From assembly GCF_001194135.2 (NCBI RefSeq), contig NC_068998.1:31707186-31745520 (forward strand): a stretch of DNA of 38,335 nt, given 5' to 3'. Positions 1 to 10,394 of this stretch are shown here, in pieces. The DNA is from Octopus bimaculoides. Its lineage: Eukaryota. Both the position numbers and the translations under genes were made by a program. The notes under the pieces are model-generated. The model made no database searches. It saw only the letters and a program-made list of their open reading frames with translations, and was not told where the DNA came from. How positions within the stretch are numbered: position 1 is the stretch's first letter; each line of letters begins with the position of its first letter.

Positions 1-85
1 GTAGAAACTTAATTCCTTTTACTTCTCGTTTCTTTCAACTTGTTGAATTTATTTCTGTATATTAATGAAACTGTATTTTTTTATG

Positions 86-373
86 TGTAACGGTCAAAAA
101 AATATAATCTATAATCTTCAACATACATGTACGTAATGAACGCACGTTCAGCATCTTGGTAGGTATACATCATAACATTTACGCAGCCTAAACTAAGAGT
201 TATGCTTAGTGATAGATACTTATAATTAAGTTATAAGTAACGAGATTATCATTATAGCTTTTAATTAAGAAACAATAATATTTGTTATAATTTACGAATG
301 AAAACATTGTAAATAAAGATATAGTATATCTCACACTTCAACGACCTATTGTGATAACAAAACATAAAAAAAC
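86..373 (+). mobile_element. Candidate 5' LTR of a Gypsy LTR retrotransposon
   Basis: Begins TGTAACGG (86), has AATAAA at 312-317 and ends directly before a tRNA primer-binding site. No second LTR copy is present to confirm the ends. Confidence 0.35.
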
Positions 374-393
374 TGGTGACTTTCCGACGTGAT
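374..393 (+). promoter_or_regulatory. Primer-binding site complementary to the tRNA-Trp 3' end
   Basis: TGGTGACTTTCCGACGTGAT vs TGGTGACCCCGACGTGAT, the complement of the animal tRNA-Trp 3' end including CCA; differs by a 2-nt insertion and one change. Lies upstream of a gag ORF. Confidence 0.75.
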
Positions 394-463
394 GTAGAAT
401 AAACACCACATCGTAAATTGGTGATTTAGTAAAAACTACATAAAATTTTATATAGAATATAAA

Positions 464-606
464 GGAGTGGCTGTGTAGTAAGTAGCTTGCTTACTAACCA
501 CATGGTTCCGGGTTCAGTCCCACTGCATGGCACCTTGGGCAAGTGTCTTTTACTATAGCCTCGGGCCGACCAAAGCCTTGTGAGTGGATTTGGTAGACAG
601 AAACTG
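464..606 (+). mobile_element. tRNA-headed SINE, family A (CORE-like), 5' part running into a gap
   Basis: Box A-like TGGCTGTGTAG, box B-like GGTTCAGTCCC, CORE-like CCTTGGGCAAGTG. The same sequence recurs at 14846, 18145 and 21186, and inverted at 22032 and 36841. Confidence 0.85.
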
Positions 607-942
607 NNNNNNNNNNNNNNNNNNNNNNNNNNNNNNNNNNNNNNNNNNNNNNNNNNNNNNNNNNNNNNNNNNNNNNNNNNNNNNNNNNNNNNNNNNNNNN
701 NNNNNNNNNNNNNNNNNNNNNNNNNNNNNNNNNNNNNNNNNNNNNNNNNNNNNNNNNNNNNNNNNNNNNNNNNNNNNNNNNNNNNNNNNNNNNNNNNNNN
801 NNNNNNNNNNNNNNNNNNNNNNNNNNNNNNNNNNNNNNNNNNNNNNNNNNNNNNNNNNNNNNNNNNNNNNNNNNNNNNNNNNNNNNNNNNNNNNNNNNNN
901 NNNNNNNNNNNNNNNNNNNNNNNNNNNNNNNNNNNNNNNNNN
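607..942. other. Assembly gap (others: 4372-4851, 8021-8775, 11604-11972, 19178-19277, 29059-29517, 32385-32921)
   Basis: Runs of N. Most abut microsatellites or repeats. Confidence 0.99.
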
Positions 943-1714
943 TTCAGTAAATGTATTACCATCTCCTCCTTGGACGGGAGACACATTAATCTGGTTGGCA
1001 CAACTAGAGGCAAGCTTTAAGGCAAATCGTATAACAAATGAAGAGCAAAAATATCATATAATGCTGAGTAATTTGCCTCCACCTCTAAGCTATGAAATTA
1101 GAGATTTATTCTTAAATCCTGTCGAGCCAGTTTCATATTCAGCAATTAAAACAGAAATATTAAAAAGAACTTCAAATTGAAAACAGAAAGAATTTGCAAA
1201 GCTGTTCAATAATGAAGAATTAGGCAATAAGAAGCCAACACAACTTCTTCAGAGGATGAACGAACTTCTTGGAGATCAACAAATAGAAGAATCTTACCTC
1301 AAAGAGGTTTTCTTTACTAAATTGCCTTACAAGACACAAACCTTGCTTTCGGCTGTGAAAAATCAAAACTCTCTTCAACAATTGGCAGATTTAGCGGATG
1401 GCATTTTGGAATTGTCATCTAGAGAGTCTGTAAATGCAATTCCTTCAATCTCTGATGAAATACAAGCATTGAAGGAGAGTTATGAAAAACAATTTGACTT
1501 ATTGACGGAGAAAATTGAAAGTCTTCAGTTCGAAAGCGACAGTCACTCAAATACAAGAAACACAAGACGACGAAGGAGATCGAAAAGTCCCAAAAGAAAC
1601 GCCATATGCTGGTACCATTCAAAGTTTGGTGAAAAATCTTATCGCTGTGTGAAACCATGTTCATTTAATTTTTTGACAAAAAGAAAGTCGGGAAACTTCT
1701 CAACCACAGATTAG
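943..1714 (+). pseudogene. Gypsy-type gag (capsid plus C-terminal CWYH..C..PC knuckle) with one in-frame TGA; 5' end lost in gap
   Basis: ORFs 584..1180 and 1256..1714 share a frame. Motifs: LPSPPW..D..IWLAQLEASF, EELGNKKPTQLLQRM, CWYHSKFGEKSYRCVKPC. Single stop at 1178-1180. Confidence 0.85.
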
Positions 1715-1799
1715 ATGCGAAGAAATCTGTGGATAGCTTAAATAAAAGTCCCGTATTTTTTTGTTTTTGACACGGTAGTTTCAATCCATATGAGTTATA

Positions 1800-3790
1800 A
1801 TTGTTCATTTCATTTTCTGACTTCAAGTGAGATGAAGCCATCTGTTCTTTTCACTTATGATCTTCAGCTTGTTTTGAAATGGTACATGCAGTCCAAAATG
1901 AACCGGTGGTCTTTGACTTACTACTATAACTTTCAATTGTTTCAAGGCTCTTCACTGAAATAAATGTTTCTTGCCTTTTCTTTCAATGTAGCCTTTCTCA
2001 CTTTCATTTTCCCTCTTATTCATTGCTAAATGGAAAAATATTCTTAATAAAAAAGAAAAGTAAGCAGTATTATTAAGAGTAAAAAGCTGAAACAATGAGG
2101 CCTTCTACTGCTGGTTGCCAACAATTGCTATAGCAACAAAATATGACCACTATTAGATTAAATTAGCACTGATCTGATGGAAGAAGGATTTTGTGCAAGT
2201 CCTTTCAATTGTTTTCAGCGTTTCAAATGTATATGGTATAATGTAACCATGACAGCGATAGGTAACAGTTGTTATTATTTCCAGTTTAGTTTCAGATAGA
2301 AGATTTTCAGAAAATATTCTTCTTTTGCCTTTTACAATTTCTTCTTTCACTAACTTTTTAAATAAAATATTTTGTATTACTCATGAATCATTGATTCATT
2401 GTTTCTGTACCCTGAACTGATCCATTAATTTTGTTCCTGTTTGGCTGATATAGTTCTCATTATATTATACTTATATAATTCAATAAATGATATTTTTTAC
2501 TTTGCAATTCCTATTTGCATCAACCTTAAATTCTTTCCTATTCTTGAACTTTTTGATTTTACCCTGTTCAATTCAAATCACATGTCTCTCAACAAAAGTT
2601 TTCACAATTTTTGCTTGTATTATTTCCTCTTCTGATATGAATTTCACCTTTGTTAACTGGCTTTAAAACTTGGCAGTTGTCTTCAGCTGTTAATAATTTG
2701 TGACTCTTTTATTAATTTTCTTAGATTTCATGATTGATATAGAATTGGAAGGCATTGTGATCTTGTAACCTCTGGAATTGTGAGTGACTACAACTGGAAC
2801 ATTTTTGTTTGTGTCTTCTTTTTCAGTGTAAAAATTTCACTGTAAGTCAAAGTGTGGGATTTGTTTTGCCTTGGTTTATGACATTATTTAAGTTTATCAA
2901 GGTCAACTTTGCCTTTCATTCTTTCAGAATCGATAAATTAAGTACCATTTGAGTACTGGGGTCAGCGTAATCGACTGTCCCACTCCCCACAAAATCCAGG
3001 CCTTGTGCCTATATTAGAAAGGATTATTTAAATTTGCCAGGTATTTTTGTCTCTGGAAGAATATTTTTAGCTCTATCTGCCGTCTCTCTCAGGCATCTGA
3101 ATCTGTAAGTATTGTACATATTGCCATATTGAATAGGGTATTTCTTTTGGTATGGAATAGATGGCAAGAACTAAGTCTAAATATAGAGGTGTGTCCATGT
3201 TTTTGCAGTTAAGATCAATTGTAATAGTCCCATTTCTTCAATTATCAATGTTTCCAGGAATATTCCCTTACATTAATTTCCATCATGAATTGGATTGATT
3301 CGTGAATATTATTAATTAATTTAGGGAATCTCGTAAGGTCTGTCATATTTCTATTTCAAAATATGAAACAGTTACCCAGGAACCTTTACTAATTTTCTTT
3401 TAAATGTAATTGAAAATGTTGACAAAATAATCCCTGATTGAACACAAACTTTTTTTCTTTTAAAATCCAATCATTAGTGTTCTTAAAGTAGGTGAGACTG
3501 TTGTGCCCATTGCCGTATGGTTTATTTGTAGGTAAAGTTGATTTTCAAAAAAGAAGTAGTTGTTTTCTAACACTAATCCTTCAAGCATGTATTCTTTAGA
3601 GAATCTCTCTTGAATTATGTGTGGGTTTACCAGAATTCTCCTGCTTCAGGTCCTAATCCAGTGGGGATATTTATGAATAGGCTGGTTTCATCAAAACTAA
3701 TTAGTATTTACCTTTCTGAAATTAAAGATCATACAATTTTTTAAATATAATTATTGAATTTTAGTTTCAGAAAATTCTTTCTTAAATATT
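1800..3790 (-). mobile_element. Decayed Penelope-like element (RT plus GIY-YIG endonuclease), interrupted by a SINE
   Basis: Minus-strand fragments ILISFDETSLFINIP (~3690), LVLENNYFFFENQLYLQINHTAMGTTVSP (~3500-3580), NNIHESIQF, SSCHLFHTKRNTLFNMA (~3130-3170), ENYISQTGTKLMDQFRVQKQ (~2400-2455). Many frameshifts; boundaries approximate. Confidence 0.85.
2900..3030 (+). mobile_element. SINE family B, 3' half
   Basis: GGTCAACTTTGCCTTTCATTCTTTCAGAATCGATAAATTAAGTACC...GGCCTTGTGCCTA aligns with the copy at 17700-17915. Confidence 0.75.
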
Positions 3791-4169
3791 TGACTATATG
3801 AGCAAATTTATATAATCTGTGTGTGTGTGTGTGTGTGCATGTGTGCATGTATGCACTGCATAGCAGCTTTCTGACCTTGTTAAGTCTAAGAGCCTGTACT
3901 ATCCTAGGTAATTAAAATGAATTCTTAAGGTTGGTATCAACAAATATGAACCTTAATGTGGACAAAAAAAAAACATATTGAAGACAACAGACGAACTCGC
4001 CTCATCAGCTACCTCTTGAATATCAAAGTAATTTCTACACCTAAAGGCAGGATCATTATTTCCTGTAGTGTGAAACAGTCTTAGAAAATATAGTCTAATA
4101 ATACCTGGAATGCACAAACAAAATGCTTGTGCCTGAACTACAAATCACAAAGGTATATATATATATATG

Positions 4170-4360
4170 GGAGAATATACAAAAAATAACAACAGACGAG
4201 GACAGGTGGTGTAAATAACAAAAGTATATATTAGTATGACGCTCGGGAATACGGAAAGTCTTTGACGTTTCGAGCTACGCTCTTCAACAGAAAGAATACG
4301 GAGACAAGGAGAAAAACACGGAGAAAAAAAATTGAATAGTGTTCAGTCAACGGTCAATCT
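4170..4360 (-). mobile_element. Short hammerhead-bearing repeat, probably a Penelope pLTR-derived or non-autonomous element
   Basis: CpG-rich segment between (TA)n tracts that contains a minimal type I hammerhead motif. No coding remnant is attached. Confidence 0.5.
4259..4295 (-). ncRNA. Minimal type I hammerhead ribozyme motif (A6U core variant)
   Basis: Minus strand reads UCUUU-CUGUUGA-A-GAGC-gua-GCUC-GAAA-CG-UC-AAAGA: 5-bp stem I, 4-bp stem II, palindromic ACGU stem III and a GUC cleavage triplet. Confidence 0.7.
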
Positions 4361-5199
4361 ATATATATATANNNNNNNNNNNNNNNNNNNNNNNNNNNNN
4401 NNNNNNNNNNNNNNNNNNNNNNNNNNNNNNNNNNNNNNNNNNNNNNNNNNNNNNNNNNNNNNNNNNNNNNNNNNNNNNNNNNNNNNNNNNNNNNNNNNNN
4501 NNNNNNNNNNNNNNNNNNNNNNNNNNNNNNNNNNNNNNNNNNNNNNNNNNNNNNNNNNNNNNNNNNNNNNNNNNNNNNNNNNNNNNNNNNNNNNNNNNNN
4601 NNNNNNNNNNNNNNNNNNNNNNNNNNNNNNNNNNNNNNNNNNNNNNNNNNNNNNNNNNNNNNNNNNNNNNNNNNNNNNNNNNNNNNNNNNNNNNNNNNNN
4701 NNNNNNNNNNNNNNNNNNNNNNNNNNNNNNNNNNNNNNNNNNNNNNNNNNNNNNNNNNNNNNNNNNNNNNNNNNNNNNNNNNNNNNNNNNNNNNNNNNNN
4801 NNNNNNNNNNNNNNNNNNNNNNNNNNNNNNNNNNNNNNNNNNNNNNNNNNNCTTGCATAAACATGAGGAACACCCACCAATCTAGACTGTATGAAAAAAA
4901 TAAAATAATATGTACTCCATTACAAAAATTGATGCTTCAGTAATTGTTTCAAACTTGTTCACCTCAGTCTTCTATGCTGCTGTACAACATCTTTTTCTTT
5001 TCATTAGAAATGAAAGTATATATTTTAAGAGTTTTATGCATGTATAAAAATGTTCTTATGTGTACATATGCACAAACATGCACATATGTCTACATTTCAT
5101 GCACCATGTGTATGGAAGCCTTGTGTTTCTGAAAATCGTGCTGTAATTTAAGATTTCAAAATGTGACATAAGTTTCACATCATGGCGTTCCATGTCATG

Positions 5200-5720
5200 G
5201 CTGGATTTTGTATGTGATCTAATTAACAGTGGTGTGGATGCTTGGGAGGCATAATAGCTAGAAGAAGAAAACTATTAGGAAGTTGTTACCTTTGCTGACA
5301 ACAAATGACCTCTACCTCAGAGTGAAAAGTAGATTGCATGATGTTTATGTGTAAAGTGCAAAGCCAAGTGGTAGCCAACTGGACCTTGGATTTGCAAAGA
5401 TATGAAAGAAATAAAGTGCATATGTTTCACTGGATTTGTAATGTTAATGTGCATGAACTATGAAGTACAAATGAACTGAGAGAAAATCTGTTTTGGAGGA
5501 ATCAGATATAGTACAAAGAGAAAAAATTGTTGTTATAGGAATGTGATGCATATGAATAACAACAGCTGAATAATAATGCTGGGTGCTCAAATGGATGGTA
5601 CTTGTGGAATAAGACTTAGATGTGGGATGAAATTTTGAAAACCAATCTCAAGATGCTGAACGTTACAAAAGATGTGACAAGGTAGCATAACAAATGGTAA
5701 CATACTATACTTGGAAAATC
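5200..5720 (+). mobile_element. RTE-clade LINE, decayed ORF C-terminus
   Basis: ERNKVHMFHWICNVNVHEL*STNELRENL and WDEILKTNLKMLNVTKDVTR match the RTE C-terminal pattern also seen at 23035-23620. Confidence 0.65.
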
Positions 5721-6084
5721 CATACTCTCATACAAGTATAGTAGAAAATCCACTCTCATATAAGGTGGGTAGTGACAGTAGCATGGCTGCTCTTGCAGCA
5801 TTGATCCCCTCCACTCTCCATTTCTCTCACTCTTATTTCTGTATTCATTCACTGTCCCACTGCCCTTACCACTTTTTCTTTCACTGTGCTTTCCCTACAG
5901 CCTCTCCAGCACCTCAACATCTCCTGCTCTTTGGTTCACTTCCCTAACACTCACTGTTCACTTTCATTCACTGCTCTTTCTTCAAAGCTTCTCTGGCCCC
6001 ACTTCACCTTCATCTCTCTTTAACACATCCCTTTGCCCATATTCACTCTTAGGACATAGGATCCCTACTACTCAACCATTCAAC

Positions 6085-6350
6085 TTGGTATCTAAATCTG
6101 TTTTCTCTGGAATCTTTTGTTATTTGAATATATTTCGAAATATCATCTGAAATTTATCAAGGGAACATTTATCTTTATGTTTAAAAGAAAAAAAGCAACA
6201 AAAATCTTGCAAGCAATGCGTGCAAAAACTTTTGTTTCAAGCTTTTATTTTTCATCTTATTTCTGGCTCTCATAGTAATACAAACATCTTAAAACTCATA
6301 GAAGGGAAGTCACTCTGAGAATCATCCTCATTAAATTGCATTGAGTTATA
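6085..6350 (-). repeat. Diverged direct copy of 10395-10655, probably the 5' part of a Penelope-like element
   Basis: Shared blocks TTTGAATATATTT-GAAATATCA, TTATCAAG, GTGCAAAAAC, GTCACTCT-AGAA and CCTCATT-AATT in the same order and spacing. Confidence 0.65.
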
Positions 6351-6894
6351 TTAGCACCTCATTATAATATCTAGTTGTCTTCATGAAGGCATTTTCATGG
6401 TAGATAAGTGGATACCTGTTTACTACCATTATCAACCGAGTCCCTCAAGATGCTGGGTGAGTGATTTGGTTACCTATGAATGTACACTTATTTGTCATTT
6501 GGTTTGTAGTATGATCTGAAACTATTACTATTGAGTCACAAGGTTCTGCCTAGAAAATTATCAGTAATAAGGCTACTATCTATGCTAACTCTAAGTTTTA
6601 TTTTCTGGAATACTTCAATCTAACTTTTGACTGCAACAATTTCTTGATAGAATCAGATCATCATTACAATATACACAACAGTTTATTTCTGGAAATATTT
6701 TTCAATATATCTGGAATGAGGTCCAGACCCCACCCCTAGGACAGCACTCTCTAGGTCAGAACCCCTTAAGTTGAAATATGAAAGAAGACAAAACTGTCTC
6801 AGTTATATTTTTTTAGCTTTTACTTTTAAACGTATCAACAAATAAAAAATATTCTTTTGGTATAAAATAAAATTTTTGTTGAATAAATTAATTA

Positions 6895-7287
6895 TTATCT
6901 AAGAACTTTTTTTAATCCCAGCAAGATTTTTCCCATTCTGTCCTCTTTATTGTATTTTCTTTTAAATATAAATTCAAATAAATATGTTTGAAAATGTGAA
7001 TTGTTTGTTCCATATTGGTGTTTGTAATTTTCTTTGACTGACCACAATGTTTCAATATCTTTTTGATTAATTATATTTCCTAAAATTTCCTTTCTCCAGT
7101 TTTTGAATGGGACTAAAAAAGCATTTTTTTGCTTCTTCTTTCTGTACCACCAAAACCCATTTATTGTTATTTCTCCTTCCATGAGTATATTTTTGCTTAA
7201 AAAAGACACATCAATTTTTACTTTTTTTGGTGTACCGTCTTCATTAACCCAACCTAAAGATTCTTCTTTGCCCAATAAATGGAGCAT
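6895..7287 (-). pseudogene. Merlin/IS1016 (ISXO2-like) DDE transposase remnant with an in-frame internal deletion
   Basis: LGWVNEDGTPKKVKIDVS resembles GG..E.G.P..VEIDES; FLVPFKNWRKEILGNII resembles FLVPV..R...TL..II; IETLWS..K....GT...HFQTYLFEFIFKRKY resembles IE.LW...K....GT....L..YL.EF.WR. The segment with the second catalytic Asp is missing. Confidence 0.8.
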
Positions 7288-7711
7288 ACATAAATATTTT
7301 TTTTAATGCACTCAAATAAGATTTTACCCTAATTTTTATAACCACTATGAAAGTCACAACTTCAGACAGTGGCTGAAGTGGAACTGATGCCTCATAAGAT
7401 CTAGCAGCCTTATATACTCTCACGTGACTTTCTCTCCCCAGCAATCTCTGGCTGGTGACCTGACTGTGTCAGATTACGTTTGGAGGATTTCCATAAAGAC
7501 CCTTGAATTTCCAAAGTGGATTATACATAGAAACAGGTCAGTGTTTTACTTTACCCTTATCTGTTTGCATTCTTTCCATCGTGGCTGGTTGCATTATTGG
7601 TCTTCCAATAGTTTTTTCAGGAAGATATGTTTTACCTTTACATGGGGTATTACAAAACACTGATCATGTGGAGTGAAGAAAGACTATAATCATTTTCATG
7701 CTTGCTTCAGT

Positions 7712-7885
7712 AATCATCATCATCGTTTAACGTCCGCCTTCCATGCTAGCATGGGTTGGACGATTTGACTGAGGACTGGTGAAACCGGATGGCAACACCA
7801 GGCTCCAATCTAATTTGGCAGAGTTTCTACAGCTGGATGCCCTTCCTAACGCCAACCACTCAGAGAGTGTAGTGGGTGCTTTTAC
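7712..7885 (-). mobile_element. RTE LINE 3' tail ending in (ATG)n, young copy
   Basis: CATCATCATCGTTTAACGTCCGCCTTCCATGCTAGCATGGGTTGG... is homologous to the 3' UTR attached to the RTE ORF remnant at 23035-23620. Confidence 0.75.
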
Positions 7886-9055
7886 GTGTCACCCGCACGA
7901 AAACGGCCACGCTCGAAATGGTGTCTTTTATGTGCCACCCGCACAATAGCCAGTCCAGGGGCACCGGCAACGATCTCGCTCGAAAAACCTCGTGTGTCAC
8001 TCGCACAAGAGCCAGTCCATNNNNNNNNNNNNNNNNNNNNNNNNNNNNNNNNNNNNNNNNNNNNNNNNNNNNNNNNNNNNNNNNNNNNNNNNNNNNNNNN
8101 NNNNNNNNNNNNNNNNNNNNNNNNNNNNNNNNNNNNNNNNNNNNNNNNNNNNNNNNNNNNNNNNNNNNNNNNNNNNNNNNNNNNNNNNNNNNNNNNNNNN
8201 NNNNNNNNNNNNNNNNNNNNNNNNNNNNNNNNNNNNNNNNNNNNNNNNNNNNNNNNNNNNNNNNNNNNNNNNNNNNNNNNNNNNNNNNNNNNNNNNNNNN
8301 NNNNNNNNNNNNNNNNNNNNNNNNNNNNNNNNNNNNNNNNNNNNNNNNNNNNNNNNNNNNNNNNNNNNNNNNNNNNNNNNNNNNNNNNNNNNNNNNNNNN
8401 NNNNNNNNNNNNNNNNNNNNNNNNNNNNNNNNNNNNNNNNNNNNNNNNNNNNNNNNNNNNNNNNNNNNNNNNNNNNNNNNNNNNNNNNNNNNNNNNNNNN
8501 NNNNNNNNNNNNNNNNNNNNNNNNNNNNNNNNNNNNNNNNNNNNNNNNNNNNNNNNNNNNNNNNNNNNNNNNNNNNNNNNNNNNNNNNNNNNNNNNNNNN
8601 NNNNNNNNNNNNNNNNNNNNNNNNNNNNNNNNNNNNNNNNNNNNNNNNNNNNNNNNNNNNNNNNNNNNNNNNNNNNNNNNNNNNNNNNNNNNNNNNNNNN
8701 NNNNNNNNNNNNNNNNNNNNNNNNNNNNNNNNNNNNNNNNNNNNNNNNNNNNNNNNNNNNNNNNNNNNNNNNNNNAAAGATATCACATGTCGCCCGCACA
8801 TGAGCCAGTCCAGGGGCACTGGTAATGATCCCGCTCGAAACATTTCATGTGTCGCCCGCACATGAGCCAGTCCAGGGGCACTGGCAACGATCCCGCTCGA
8901 AACATTTCATGTGTCACCCGCACAAGGGCCAGTCCAGGGGCACTGGCAGCGATGTCGCTCGAAAGATATCATGTGTCGCCCGCACATGAGCCAGTCCAGG
9001 GGCACTGGCAACGATCCCGCTTGAACGAGTTCATGTGTCACCCGCACATGAGCCA
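7885..9055. repeat. 62-bp GC/CpG-rich tandem array (minisatellite), centre in a 755-N gap
   Basis: GGGGCACT ends at 8820, 8882, 8944 and 9006 (period 62). Related units occur at 7885-8020 before the gap. Confidence 0.9.
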
Positions 9056-9329
9056 TTTAAATTAATTTTTTTTTCCTAATTCTAGTGGTATTAAATGGTA
9101 TCAAAAACAGAAAAAATATAACTCAGTGGATTTTGTCATATTTCATACTTTAACTTAGGGGATTTTGTCTTAGTGAGTTTTGCCCTCAAAGTGTTTTGTC
9201 CTACATTCTAACTGGAGTATTATATTTCTACTCAGCTCCAACATATATGCTTCCATGGACACATTGAACAATTCGTTCCTACTTTTATTTAACCAATAAC
9301 TTGTTATTCAAAAATAGAAATAATTTTCT

Positions 9330-10330
9330 TGCATTCATAATCATATTATTGTACACGTAACTTTACCAGGGATTATTTTCACCACACTGCATGAAACTAC
9401 AGTTTTTTTTTTGTTCTGAGAAACCATTCTGGTACATCTAAAGTGTTGCATCAAAATCTTAAAAAGGAAACTGCTTTTTATTCTGGAAACTTCGACCGTA
9501 AGCCTACTTTAGCAAAACCAGAGTTAGGTGTAGTCAGTGAAAGAATATTATTCTGAAAATTGTTGTTTTCTAATATTTTTTTGCTTCTAAACCTAACTAA
9601 CATTTTGCTGAGTTGATTAATCTACACTTAGAGTTAATCACATAGTTTACTTTTTGTTCCTTAAGTCTTATAAAAGGGAACCAAAGTGCCACATGTTTTA
9701 GCTTATCCTCTATCTTTAGTTTTGATGTTAACACTTTAGCTTTTGAATTAATAGCTCCATAAACCACGTTTCTAAACTTCTTATGGATTATTTGTTATAG
9801 TATTTGATAAAAGCATTTTGCATGTGCTAGTGTAGATGCTATACAAACTCCTTGTTTTATCAGAGGAAACATACAACTTATATGATTTGTGTAGAGGGAG
9901 ATCCAATGCTCATTGAGTTACTTTGGAAGTTTTTTGTGCACCTTACAGAGTTTGATTCTTTTAGAAATGTTTAAAAGGTCTTCTTCAAATCTTGATATAT
10001 CTTTGTCATATGGTGGATTTGTATGTATTCTGAAGCCTAATTTGTTACCTTTATAGCATCCAGATTCTCTGCTTTCAAATAAATTATCACACCACCTGAA
10101 TCTTCATATAAAGTTTACTATTTTTTCTCCAACATACATTTCATATAATTCTTCCTTAACTATAACGCTTTTGGCTGAGAAGTCAAACTGGTGTTTATCC
10201 TTAACCAGTTATTTTTATCTGTCTTCAAGCTGGTGTCTACTTTTAGCAAAATAGCAATATAAATTTATTTTGATTCACTGAAGGAGATAAATTGCAGAAC
10301 TCAATACGTAAACACAGAGTATTCTTCAAC
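9330..10330 (-). mobile_element. Penelope-like element RT region, decayed
   Basis: Minus-strand fragments GFRIHTNPPYDKDISRFEEDLFK, DKTRSLY, INSKAKVLTSKLKIED, FIRLKEQK and SKCRLINSAKC*LG match the PLE motifs GFKS..PP..EL..FE.DL and FITLKDHK..CRLINPAKSELG. Confidence 0.8.
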
Positions 10331-10394
10331 ATTTAGAATAAATGTAAAGCTCATAATTTCCAGTATTCCGATTTGCACAATTCTGATCATTTAG

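Larger units (their letters stand above)
6713..9208 (-). mobile_element. TIR DNA transposon carrying a Merlin transposase remnant, with a nested RTE tail and tandem array
   Basis: 6764-6814 matches the reverse complement of 9110-9160 at 40/51 ungapped. Both ends continue through GGACAAAA/GGACAG-like subrepeats to GAATG(T)AGG. No TSD resolved. Confidence 0.7.

Noticed and set aside
464-535. tRNA gene at the SINE heads
   Set aside because: Box A and B are present, but there is no complete cloverleaf and each continues into SINE body sequence.
1178-1183. Programmed readthrough or selenocysteine at the gag TGA
   Set aside because: It falls inside the capsid region where Ser (TCA) is expected. 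No leaky-stop context or SECIS was seen; a point mutation is simpler.
1848-1867. CTGAAGA-TCATAAGT-GAAA (minus strand) as the hammerhead of the 1800-3790 PLE
   Set aside because: Position is suggestive, but no stem II independent of the core and no stem I can be drawn.
7480-7660. Mutator-like motifs (TNN…PLWKF) on the minus strand
   Set aside because: Different frames and wrong spacing; too short to support.
8845-8915. 62-bp unit as a hammerhead (CACATGA…GCTC-GAAA-CAT-ttc-ATGT-G)
   Set aside because: The core reads CACAUGA rather than CUGANGA, position 17 would be G, and no stem I can form, despite a neat ACAU/AUGU stem III.
7885-9055. 62-bp array as a CRISPR array
   Set aside because: Units are head-to-tail with no unique spacers, there are no cas genes and the context is animal DNA.
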